A stretch of 64,000 bases of DNA from the human T2T-CHM13v2.0 reference genome, Homo sapiens: assembly GCF_009914755.1 (NCBI RefSeq), contig NC_060926.1. One strand, given 5' to 3'. Under the pieces are notes generated by a model that did no database searches, was not told the origin of the DNA, and worked only from the letters and a program-made list of their open reading frames with translations. This document shows positions 47,442-59,946 of this stretch, piece by piece; within the stretch, counting starts at the first letter, position 1, and every line of letters starts with the position of its first letter. The position numbers and the translations under genes are program-made.

Positions 47442-48698
47442 TTAGGTTATTTTGTTTCCTAAATGAAACCTTTGACAAATGTGTACTGAGTAAGGATGTA
47501 GAAAATAAATCTAGAAAATTAAGTACAAGTGGGAAGGTAAATGGTTTATGCCTAACCTTTGAATACACTGCAACATGGCAGCACTGGATTGACATAGAAC
47601 CCTTGGGATCTTACCACTGTGCCCAGACATTCCCAAGTGACAGAAGCCCTTTTAAAGGGTCTCTGCTGGGGAAAGTTGATAAAGTACCAACTATTTGTAA
47701 GGCCCTGATATCACTTGGCCAGGAATATTTCTTGAGAGCCAGTGGAAACAGAACATGGGAAAGGGTTCTGGTCCTTAAGTCCCACAGAATGAAAAACTGG
47801 CCAAGACGCTGTGCTTTGGTGCCAGCGAAACAGGAATATACAACCACCCACTGCCAAGATAATCATCAGGAGCTTCTGATGAAAACCGAAGCAGGTCTTC
47901 GGAGTACCACCTTCCCTGACAGCCTAAAAGCTAATAAAGTTCACAATTGTTCTGTGCATGACCCCAAGCATATTAAGAAGGAGTGTCTTTAAACTTAACG
48001 CATTTGTTGAAAAGTTTTCCATTCCGTTCTTGAACACATGGTGGGAATGTTTTACTGCTAAGTGTATTTAAGGAAACCCACAGATTGGAACTGCTCTAAC
48101 CAGTGAGGCGAGAAGTCTAGTTTCAGTTACGGCCCCACCACAGGCTCACTGTCTCTTTTAATTAATTCATTAACCAATTTATTAAACAAACATAGATTAA
48201 TGAGAGGCAGATAACTAAAAGAATAACATAATCATCTGGGAAACTATCTCCTATTGATGAAAGGGTAAAAAGAAGGCAGCTGCTAGTTTTTCACCACTGT
48301 AAGGGGCTAGCAATGGTGAAAGTTTGTCATCAGATAAATGAACACACAGTGTCAGGATCAAAATCACAGGAGAGGAAGCTAGAATTACAAAATATTTAAA
48401 CTTAACCAGGAAGGGCATCAGAGACATCCGGAGAGTTTAATCGATTGGCTGAAGGTCACACAGCTCTTGATGGCAATGGTGGAATCTTTCATTCATACAA
48501 TAGACAAAAACATTTACTGGGGATCCACCATACGCCAAGCACCGTGCTCAGACCTGAAGATGCAGCAGCCTTCAAGGGACAGGGTCCCTGCCTTTATGAC
48601 GCCTGAAAGAATCTTGCTTTCTTGACTCCAGGCAGGGGACATTCTATTACAGTAGACTAATGCTAGATTAAACACACCCATCAGCAAAGAGCAAACAA

Positions 48699-48740
48699 AC
48701 ACACACACACACACACACACACATACACACACATACACAC
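48699..48740. repeat. (AC)n microsatellite with AT interruptions
   Basis: Directly visible. Confidence 0.95.
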
Positions 48741-51700
48741 GGTATTAGAAAAAGTTAAACAGAAAGAAACTGTGCAATGAAAGGAGATGCTCAAAGGCAT
48801 CTGCTCTGGATATAACAATAACTCCTAGCTATGGGGTTCCCCCTTCTTCCTTTCCACTCCCTGGAATTAAAAGCAAAAGCTTATATATAGAACAGTTTCT
48901 GTGGTCCACAGAAAACCATTTTAACAGAAATGATTAGTAGTTCTTTCCAAGTTTTTTTCAACCTCCAGGCGGATATTTTAGAAACAGAGCTTATGTGTAA
49001 TACTCACAATAAAAATCAACAATGCAGTTTTCTGGCCGAAGATATCAGATCAGCACAAGACACTAAGATGTTAACACTAATTATCTCTGGGTGAATAATT
49101 TTATGGGCATTCCTCACTTTCTACTTTGTTTGACTGTGTTTCAAGACTTGCAGTTTACAAACAAGAAAATAAAATTCCTCTTGTAAATAATAAAAGACTT
49201 TCCTATTAAAAAAATACAGGTCTGCTCTAGCAAAAGCTTTTCTTAAGTAATCACAAATAGTAAAGCACTGGACATTATTTCCTGTCCAAAGACTTCAATA
49301 CCTTGTAGTAGGTTCTGAATAATTGACATGTGAGTGTGTTTCTTTGAAAACGACAAAACATTACATTTATGATTAAACATGGCAAAATTGTAATTTGTCT
49401 AATGATTCATAAAGTTGCCAAGTACTGTTCTATACAGTGCATCAGCTGATTCTTAAGAAAATCCAGACAGACTGATCAAGTATGTATTATTGTCCTCATT
49501 TTACAGGACAGGAATTAAGGTTGACTCAGAGTTAAGTGACTCACCCAAAGTCACACACCAATATTTGGTGACCCTGGATTTCCTGACTCCACATCCGCTG
49601 CTCTCTCAACACCACTATGTAAGGCATTAACTAACCATTAAGAATTCCTCTCTAAGAAAGAACCTGCTTCATCCTCCTCACAGCATTTTGGAGGCCTTTG
49701 GTTCTACCCAAATCTTCCTTTCTTATCTAATCTTTCTTATCAGGTGGCCTATATGATAGACACACACACACACATACACACATGCACACGCACACACATA
49801 CGCATGCACTTTCATTATAAAAAAACAAACTCTGGAGTCAGAATGACCCAACTTTGAATCCCTCCTCTGCCACGTATGAGCTGTGTGACTTTGAGTAAAT
49901 AAATCAACCTGATTACTCATTTTTCTTTTTCATTCTAAAATGAAAAATAGGATTACCTACATGCAGGCACAGATTAGATGTCCAATAAATATTAGCTCCT
50001 CTTACTACTATTATCAATGACATCTCTGTGGCTTATCCCAATTTTTTTAGTTCTCCTTGATGACTATAGAGGAAAATAAGGAGATGCAGACAGATCCTGG
50101 GGGGAACAAGTTTACTGGCAAGAAGTTATATTTGTTTACAAGTAGAAGCATTTACTCTGCCCACAGCCAGCCAATAGCAGTGCTTGCCTGCCTCCTCTCC
50201 CCTCCATGAAGTAGTCAACCATTGCATCTTGTATCCTGGCCATTGTAGCCTGTCCTATCCCAACCCAAAGGTAACTGAAGCCTCTCTCATACTCTAGAGT
50301 CGGGCCTTCCATTCTTTATCCTTAATCTCATAGGACCTGCAGCAGTCTCTTCCCCTGGTAGAATCCCCTAAAACACCTATATATCAGCGACTCTCACTCC
50401 CTGCTCAGAATATATCCCTGCTGCCCTGAAGGCCTCCTTTCCCATCCAGTCTCAATATCTGAGCAGAGTCAGATCTGGTTAAAACTGGACAGATGGGAGC
50501 TTCCCTGGGGGTTTGGATGTTGTACCCTTTCTCTCCTCACCCAAAGCTGAAAACCTTCAAATAAGTCAACCCCAAGCCAGAACATCCTCACCAAATCTTT
50601 CTGACACTTGTCAGGAAAATTCTGCAGGCCAAGACTCCTATGTTATCAATAGAAGCCCCTTCTTAGTAACTTAATTAGAAGTAAATCCACCACAGACTCA
50701 TTACAGGTCCTCAGGCAGATAACCAGGGGGTCGCTTTCTGTATCAACAAAAAAAAGGAAGTATTCTTCTATGCCCTTTCTAAATTGAGCCAGTGGGACAG
50801 AAAACCGAACACACTACAAAGATTCCTAATGGAGTATTCTGCTTAGTGAGGCTAGACCTCAAAATGGCAGGCTTCGAAGCCCCTTCATTACACATTGACA
50901 CGAGTGCTCCCAGAATTGGGAGATGGCTACGTAACAGCACTTTTCGAAGATAAGGCATATGGGAGATGCATCTCTACCTCCAGGGCAATGTCAAATAAAC
51001 CTACACATACTTGAGCACACCCAGCAAAAAAACGGTCACTAGGGATGCATTTAGCCTTCATAAACTTGGGCTGTAGGGGGTGTTTTTCCCTTTTAAAGGG
51101 AAAAATTTAAAGTTTAAAGCAACTTTAAATTGCTTTGTATTTCAGGACTAACTAGTATTTTTTCACATGGGCTAAGAGGCCCTAGAATCCACACTTGAAA
51201 AACCTTGCCTCTGAGAGAATCAAGAATGCAAGAATAGAGTCTTCTCCTACAAAAATCTCAAATACTCATATACTCAACACCAGAGAGGACACAGGGATAT
51301 TGCATTCCATGGATGGATTAAACACTAATATATATTTGGATGGTTTGCTTGCTTGCAATTACTATCTTTTCTCTGTTGTGTTTATGTGTTCATGGAAGTG
51401 AATAATTTTTAATTTAAATGTATCTTGCTTACCATATGTATTTCTGAAAGTGGTCTACATATCAAATTGTGAAAAACTGATTATTTTTTCCATTGAATTA
51501 TAAAATAATGACTAGAGGATACGGGGTTCAATCAGCTGAGGATCCTGGGGCATCACCTCATGTCTACTCTAGATTGGAAATCTTTGTGTCTCTCTCTGGG
51601 CAATCTGACCTCAAGATGGAACAGATCCAGGCATATCTCTCTAGCACATCAGACTTCCACTTCCTCTAGATAGGGAAAGTTAGCTCACACCATGCTACGG

Positions 51701-53395
51701 TCTCGTGACTTGGAGGGTCTGCTCCTCTATCACCTACCTTCTTTCCACCAGCCCCTAGTCACTGGCGTGCTTCATACTCAGTCTTGAAATCCCCAGAAGA
51801 CCCCATTACTATTCGTGATCCATCTGGCTAAATGCCTTAGCCCACAGTGTGTTCTGGTATGTGGCATTTTCCTCTCTATAGTCCTTAAGTCAATGCTAAT
51901 CTTAGATCACTCCCCAACTTCACCCCCAAGATGATATGCTTATGTTTTAAGCACAGCTGTTCCAACATGATTTTCTCTTCCCACCCTAAATGTGACAAGA
52001 CATTGAGGCTTCATTCCCTGAATGCCACTGAACAAAGCCAACAGAGCTCTATGACCTTTGGTCTACCTCTTATGAACCATTTTATTTCTAAGAATTGGTA
52101 TTTCCTCCTCTATGAACCTGATGAGCTCCTTCTACCTTCTTCCCACCAAAGCCAAGACTGCTGGCAGTGGTGCATTCCTGTCCAAAAGGCGAGTCTCAGA
52201 CGGAAATGTAGAAGTGTGATGCTTTGAAATACGGCACAAAACAACTCCCTCTTGAGAACCAAGGACATTAGACATAAGGACAATGTTTTATTTTAAAGCC
52301 ACAAAACAGGGAGCCTCTAATTTAAGATTTTTGGGTCACTCGAAAGTCTTTTCACACTGAGCTCAAGTGTCCTTTCCTCTGAAACCTCTTCTGGTTCTCC
52401 ACCCTGCATCCCCTCCTCCATGCTATAGGCTTCTGGACAGTACCATCACATCTAACTGCCTGCTTTCCTTTTTCTGCCTGCCCCTAACTGGGCTATGCGT
52501 ACAGGGCAGAAACAGTCTTATTCATCTCTGTATCAACCTAACAACACATCTGGCATACAGTCAGTGCTCAATATATGTCTTGCAGGAATAGAAAGAAGTC
52601 TTAATGCATCTTAAACTTTTTATCAAAGCCTATGCCACAATAAGAAAAGGGTCTGCCTATATGAGGGCGGCCTGCAGGTTTCTGTGGTGAGACAGAGAAC
52701 CGGTTGTCTACTAGGGTCTGGATGGAATCAATGGCTTGGTTTTTTTTGTGGTTCTCATCTACCCCTAACCTTGAGTGAAGATAGCAACCACCTCAGTCCA
52801 TCACAGGCAGGGCTTGGCCTTGTTTCAAAGCTGTTTGACCATCTCAGAACCCTCAGCCCTTCAGGCTTCCTATCAATTCTGTTGTTCTAAATTAGAGCCA
52901 TGACTTGAACCTGACTTACCCAGTGGGTGAGAAAAACAGGCTTGCTAAGGTGGTACCTAGAAGCTATGAGGCTGGGTTAGCATTCCACAGCAACGATGCT
53001 CACCTGTGTCCCCTCCTATGAGGGCTGCCTGCTGTGCAGTTCTGGTTTCTGTGAGACCTCAACCTGCAATAATCCTTAGAGAGTGACACTATGTCCACAA
53101 CCAGTCCCACAGTGCCAGTTCCTGGGAGGCCAAGTGGCTTGTTGAATAGGAAACCAGCACTGAGTTTTTTAAAGATGTGGGACATTTACTTAGTAGTCTC
53201 TGGCTAGCCCCAACATGCGCATGAAAAAATTAGAGGCTCCCATTAGAATGAAACTACTGGTGTGGAACATTTCCAGGCGTAGGAAATCTAGATGTTGGAA
53301 CAGTCATGGAAAGTGGAAGAAGTGGGCTGGTGATCTTTAACAGGCCAGGGCAGGCCCAGTGCTGGGAGGGAGGACTGGGGAGCAGAAGGTTAACA

Positions 53396-53644
53396 CCAGG
53401 CTGGAGTGCAGTGGCTCACTGCAACCTCCACCTCCTGGGTTCAAGCGATTCTCCTACCTCAGGCTCCCGAGTAGCTGGGACTACAAGCGCACGACACCAC
53501 GTCCAGCTAATTTTTGTATATTCAGTACAGACGGGTTTTCACCATGCTGGGCAGGCTAGCCTGGAACTCCTGACTTCAGGTAATCCGCCCGCCTCGGCCC
53601 TCCAAAGTGCTAGAATTACAGGCATGAAGCTCCGCGCCCGGCCA
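53396..53644 (-). mobile_element. Tail-less AluS with an internal deletion, bordering the CpG island
   Basis: CCAGGCTGGAGTGCAGTGG joins directly to CTCACTGCAACC; ends CCGCGCCCGGCC. Confidence 0.9.
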
Positions 53645-53699
53645 CCACTATTTCTTAAAAGGTGAGGGTTTAAGAGATTACAGTGGGGGAGTGGATCCA

Positions 53700-54450
53700 T
53701 CCGAGTGCTTCAGAAAGTACAAAAAGAAAAGGAAGCCGGGTCACGTGGCGTCCTTACTCTTCTCAATCCCTCAAGAATTTCCCAGAAGGATGGACTTTCC
53801 TAAGAGGCTGCGGTGTGCTGCAGGCCCAGTCCTGGTCCAGCCCTGTCGCTGGGCTAGAACCAGAGTTGGTGGGGAAGTTCCATTCCCGGGGAGCGAGGCT
53901 CCTTTATTCCCACCTGGCTGAGTGGGGGCTTTCTACATTCCTCGGGTCCCGGGAGGCCTGGCCTCTGACACCGCCGGCTGCGTCTGGGTAGCAAGACCCC
54001 TTGGTGCCTGCGGTTCTTGACCCCTCTCCGGCAGCACAAGGTCAAAGGTGTGGGGAGGGGCGGGAGGCGCAGCTGCGGGGTCCCTGGAGTTCCCTGGCGG
54101 GGCCTGGTAGCGGAAGACCTTTCCCTCTGAGGCGCCCCTCTGTTCTCTGGGGGCGGCCACACTGTGGGGTCGGGCAGGTCGCACCCTTCCCCCAGCTGAA
54201 GAGCAGCGCTCAGAAGAGCCCTTCCCCCACCGCAGCGGCTCCTGGGTGGGAAAGAAACAAAGGCCGGCTTCGCGGCCGCTCGGAGCCGGGAGCATGCGCG
54301 GTGAGCCCCCTCCCCTGCTGCTGCGGGGTTCCCGCGCCCCAACCCCTGCCCCGGACCTCAGGTCGCTGGCCCCTCCTGCCCCGGACGTCCGCTTTCTCGC
54401 CACCAGGCCTCCGCTCATTCGGGCCTGCCGCCTCCTCATCTTCTGCAGCC
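53700..54450. promoter_or_regulatory. Intragenic CpG island; candidate internal promoter or enhancer in intron 2
   Basis: About 47 CpGs counted by eye in ~730 bp of non-repeat GC-rich DNA. E-box GTCACGTGG 53740-53748, STAT-like TTCCCAGAA 53779-53787, kB-like GGGAAGTTCC 53872-53881, GC box GGGGCGGG ~54057-54064. Confidence 0.8.
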
Positions 54451-54589
54451 CAACCCTCAGCCTCCTCCATGCATTCCCAGCAATGCCTCTCAGAAGTAGT
54501 TGTCCCTTCCTCTGTGTTCCCTGGGTTTTGAGGGTTTTTTTTTTCCATTTAGTTTATTCTACCTTGGTTTTTAGCCATCTCTGAGGATG

Positions 54590-54835
54590 GCAGTACATCC
54601 TAGTGGGCCCTGGAGGCGGAAGAACTGGGTTCAAACCCTGCCCCCTGCCACTTGGAGCCATATAACCTTAGGCAAGTTACTAGATCCTCCTCTAAACTAC
54701 TGTTTATTTGTCTGTAAAATGGGGCTAATAGAATCATTCTCCCTACCTCCTGAAGATGTGTGAGATGGAATGAAATGATGCTTAGAAAGCATTTGGCACA
54801 GTTCCTATCACATGGTTAGCACTCAGCAAATGTTG
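54590..54835 (+). mobile_element. MIR
   Basis: CTGGGTTCAAACCCTG...ACCTTAGGCAAGTTACT...TCTGTAAAATGGGGCTAATA. Confidence 0.85.
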
Positions 54836-56329
54836 CCGGTTAGGATTTAACCCATGTTTTCACCCTTTCCTCAACACGCCCCTTCTGGCTGGCTGGCTGA
54901 ATTCGAAAGACTGAGCAAATTCCAGAGTAAACAAGATGGCACCATCGGAACAAGAGGAAGGAGAATATGTCCAAGGGCCAGGTAAACATGCTCTCTAACA
55001 GGTCCCATGACTGGAGATGCTCAGGATCAGAGGAACAAAATGGAACGTGCCAGACTCCGTGGGAGGTGTCACCTGACAGAGGAGCTGACCGGACAAGCCT
55101 TCATCTTTAGTGAACAAAATCTAATCCTTGGCACAGCCACTTGTAATTTCTGGGGTGACAGAAAGGTCGAGTGAGCACGACCACAGTGAGTGGGTCACAA
55201 GAAGTGTCTCTGATCTCAGGTTACCTGTGATCAAGTACCTGTAAGCAGCTAGGAATAGCGATTGGGAACCAGAAGGCCAAATGTAAGAGGCACTCAGCAC
55301 TAGAGATGCTCAGAAAATGCTGTTCCATGTCTAGAAGATGATGGATAAGTTAGTCAACTGCTGGAGTTTTCCTGGGAGCAAACACCATAAAATACAATTT
55401 GTGGAAGCATTACTGATGAGATATGATGCTGGCATATATAGCATCAGGAACCATTTACCCTAAGACCTAAGCAATGAAAGAAATGTTTAATAGTAACTAT
55501 GAGCATCTATTGGTACGTGATAGCTTTTAAACTTGGACTTCTTTTAGTTCAAAATCATTTATATAGTGATAATGTAAATGATTTGACTCATTTTATGACA
55601 TGAACAGAAGGATTTTCTAATAATTTTTACAATGAACATAGAGATTCCAGGCAAGTTTAGACAAAAAGACATGACACTGTTCTTGCCTTAAGTTCATACT
55701 TTAGTAGAGGGAACAAACATAACTTTGTAAGTTCCAATATCCTGTTTTAATCTATACCAAAGCTTAAAAGTTGAACCCTAAATCTGCCTGCAGATTTTGC
55801 TTGACTGTTACAGAGGTTTGTAAAATCTAAAGTGGAATATCTTTATTGGGGTATGAATGGTCCAGTTCAGTACAACCCCCACCACTCCCTAACACCTTCT
55901 TTACACAATGGCACTGCCTCCTGGATTCTGAAAGCTTTTGAGTTGGCAAGCAGGATCTGTACTTTTCTTTCTAAGTATGCTTATGCCTTTGGCCAAAAGC
56001 AACACAATTTGGACCCAATAAACTGCAATCCAAAGACGTGCTCTGAAGGACATGTAATGCCATAAACTGTTATGGGCAGCTTTTGAGAGCCAAGCATTGT
56101 GATAGGTTCTAGGGATACAAAGATGAATGAGTAAGGATCCCTGTTCTATAAGCACTTAAGATACTTAAATGACAAAGCCACCAAATGAAAGCGAGGAATA
56201 TTGAAAAGAGGATGTTATGTGATAAGGATATGGCTACAGAATTTAAAGTTTGCTGATTCTAGACAAAAAGTAAATTCTTTAGAAAGAAATATTCCTAGAA
56301 TAGAGAAGAAGAATCACTGACAATGATTG

Positions 56330-56550
56330 TTTTAAACATATGCCAGAACCTGCTGTAAGCATTTTTCATGGATTATGCTCAGAATGGGTAGGAACTAGGA
56401 TATCCCCATTTTACAGATGAGGAAATAGAGGCACGGAGAGATTAATTACCTAACCCAAGGTCATATAACAGCTGGTAGACAGCAGAGCCACACTTGGAAC
56501 CAGGCACTCTGGCCACCAATGCTCACACTCTTAGCCACTATTCTATGCTG
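56330..56550 (-). mobile_element. MIR
   Basis: Core ATCCCCATTTTACAGATGAGGAAATAGAGGCACGGAGAG. Confidence 0.88.
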
Positions 56551-57699
56551 TATCCTAGAATAACCTATCGCTAGGCTATATTGACTTCTTGCAAATACCA
56601 TTTAGGAACCAAATATTTTCTTTTCAAGATAAATCAAGTCAATTCTTATGTGATATATAGTGTCCTGAGAGAAATTACTTTGTCCAAGAATAAAAGCATA
56701 ACATCATAAGTGACAGGTCTAGTTTTTAAGCTAATAGAAATTAATATATGTGGTATTTTTGTTTATAAATCAGTCTGAGTTTATACTGTGTGAATCATTT
56801 TCCCAAATTCCAGTCACTCTTGCACTGTGCTGAGAAAAATCAAGCCTCCTCAGGTGATGTGTATGCACATCAAAGTTTGAAAAGCATTAGCTATAAGGTA
56901 GAAATAAGACATTTGCCTTTCAGCAGCGCCTGCCACCAATCAGCCAAAAGAAAAAAAAAAAGTCTTTTTGAACACATACATTTTTATTCTTTCATAAACT
57001 TCATATACATGCCACTATATTATCATATTTAATATGCAATAAGATACACATAAAATATACATTTTAATTTTTTAAAAACAGATTGAAGTAGATATTTCAT
57101 TGCCCCCAGTGGATCATCTGGCACACTTCCTAAGATGCCTATATTCCCCTTTTTGGAATCTACATACCTTACATCAAGGATCTTATCTAAGAGCTAGACC
57201 ATCTATCTTAGATGGGTATCTTCCAATCATCGAAGACTTCCCAGAACCCAAATCAAGAATAATTTCTACAGTTAAAGAAAATACTGTGTATTGTTACTTT
57301 GTCAATGAAGCCCACCAGAATGCATCTAAGAGCAGGGGTTTTGGGAAATCTACATCCAGGTGATGTTTTTAAATAGTTCAAGACCATTCTTCTATGTCTT
57401 AATTTACAAACATTCTCTAATAAGCATGAACTATACTTGGTTGCTTCACCTCCCGTGGCTGGGCATGTGGAAGAAACTGAAAAAATACTTGTTAACTGCA
57501 TGACTGTCTTCCAGCCAAAGTGATGATCTTTGTCATCTGGTTTCATGCAAAACATGCAGATTTTCCCCTTTACCATACTCTTCTTCCCTAAGAGTGAGAC
57601 TATCCCAGAGGCAGCATGTTGAGCAGAGCCATCTCTTTTTATCTAGCATTCTATTGGGCAGAACATGAATTTAGCTACCTGTAACGTATAATTCAGAGA

Positions 57700-58050
57700 T
57701 TCAAGAGTTTTGCAAAAATGACTTGTCTTTGGAGCCTTGAGCCGCCCTGTCACAAGTTCAACAACCTTGTGGCTGCCTTGCTGAACTGAAGCCCTGGCCA
57801 CATGGAAAGGCCACATAGAAGTGTTCAGGCTGACAGCCAGCATCAGCCACCGGACATGTGAGTGAAGTCACCTCTAGATGATTCCAGCCCCCATCTGTCA
57901 AGTCACCCCAGCTGACAAGTCTTTCCACAGAACAGAGAAAAGCTATCCCACTGTGCCTGTTGGAATTCTTAACCCACAAAATCCATGAGCATCATCAATT
58001 GGCTGTTTTATGCCACTAAACTTTGGGGTGGTTTTTATACTGCAATAGTA
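57700..58050 (+). mobile_element. MLT1-type MaLR LTR
   Basis: GACATGTGAGTGAAG...CCCACAAAATCCATGAGC...TGTTTTATGCCACTAAACTTTGGGGTGGTTT..GCAATAG. Confidence 0.85.
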
Positions 58051-58329
58051 AAAGTCTCTGTGAGATTCTGAAGTGCTCTCTGAATTATTATAGAAAGACA
58101 ACATTATGTTTAGTGTTAAATGGCCTTATTTATTTTCAAACTCAGGGTAACCAGGCAGTCATTGATTATTAAAATATACAGGGGACTCTAACAACAAGAT
58201 TTATTAAACCCCATCATCATTTCCTTTGTGTACCAGCAAACAGCCAATTACTACATGTGCAGAATAATGGTGGCAATTGTCACTTCGCTGTCCCCTGCGA
58301 AGCAACTCTTTAGTTCTGTCTCCTCTCTC

Positions 58330-59250
58330 AGAAATGAATTGCTCCTTCTCCTCCTCTAGCTCTTCCCCTTCTTCTCCCTATTGCTCAGGCTGGGAACTCA
58401 GGACTCATTTTTAGATGCTCTCTCTTCCTTGCCCCTCACATTGAATCCATCATCAAATCCTGAGTGGTCTACCTTCATGACACACTTGGAAGCAATCTGC
58501 AGCTCTCCCCATGTAGAGGTTAGAAGTACCGTAATCCATGTGAGTGGCGCCCCCTAGAGCTCATGAGTACATGGCGTCATGGCCACTGCAAACACCCTAC
58601 TTCAGGCACATCATTTCTGCCCTGACCCCAACTATGGTCTTCCTGCTGCTCTCACAGCTTCTACTCTCCCTGTCACAATCTGTAATTCACACAACACCCA
58701 GAGTGACTTTCCAAAATATTCTCCAGAACATTGTGCACCTAAGTGGAATCCAAACTCCTCGCTCAGCTCTGATGACCGGCCCCTTTCTTGTCTCCTCTCC
58801 AACTTCCTTTTCTACCACCTTCCCCCTCCTTCACTCTCCTTCAGCCACACTGGCCTTAATTTTCTTCTGGGAAGTTGCACTCTCTCCCCTAACCCTCCTT
58901 GGGGCCTTTGCTCCTGTCTTTATCCAGCCTGAAACATTCCCCCCAATCTTCTCATGGCCCCCAATTTCTCATGGCCAGTCTCAGCTTAAATGTCACTGCC
59001 ACCTCAAGAGACCTTTCCTAACTACCTTTTGTTAGTATCATAGCACACTTGGCTTTCTTCATAGCAGTCTTCTCAGTTTATAAGTACCTATTCATTCATT
59101 TCCTTTACCTGTTTACTTCCTTTCTCTCCAATACACTGTAAACTCCTGATGCAAGGACCAGGCCTGTGTCCACCACTAATACAACCCCAGCACCTGTCAT
59201 GGTGCCTGACACATAGCAGATTCTGTCAGTATATGTTGAGTGAATAAATT
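58330..59250 (+). mobile_element. L2 3' ~900 bp
   Basis: Collinear L2 motifs ending GTGCCTGACACATAGCAGA...TGTTGAGTGAATAAAT. Confidence 0.8.
58545..58560 (-). promoter_or_regulatory. Candidate CTCF site within a MER91-like insert
   Basis: Minus strand GCTCTAGGGGGCGCCA versus CTCF core CCACYAGGGGGCGCY. Confidence 0.65.
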
Positions 59251-59337
59251 TACTTGCATACTATGTAGCAGTGGATTGTGATACCCTACTCCACTCCCAC
59301 CTCCAGAACATCTGTTTTCCTCCCAGTTGACCACGGA

Positions 59338-59522
59338 CCAATGGTTCTCAAAGTGCAGTCCCCAACCAGCAGCATCAGCATCACCGGAACTTACTAGAAA
59401 TGCAGATTCTCAGGCCCCACCCTGGACCTCCCAAATCAGAAGCTCTGAGGGTAAAGCCCATCAATCTGTATTTTAACAAGCCTTCCAGGATTCTGATACA
59501 CACTCAAGTTAGAGAACCACTG
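59338..59522. mobile_element. MER5A hAT MITE, near full length
   Basis: Terminal inverted repeats CAATGGTTCTCAA / TAGAGAACCACTG with a typical MER5A body. Confidence 0.9.
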
Positions 59523-59635
59523 CCACAGACTATTCCAGAGACTCTAATTCTAGAGCAGTATGTCTCGAGGTATATTCCACTGGCTCTGAGGGATCATCCC
59601 AGCTGTTAAAAATTTTTAAAAAAAAAGAGGGAGGA

Positions 59636-59946
<311 letters not shown>

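Noticed and set aside
53683-54584. Six overlapping Pro/Arg/Gly-rich ORFs of 102-176 aa
   Set aside because: Expected from stop-codon scarcity in a GC-rich island; open on both strands with no family resemblance.
58544-59035. 163-aa hydrophobic ORF
   Set aside because: Lies within a pyrimidine-rich L2 remnant; composition artefact.
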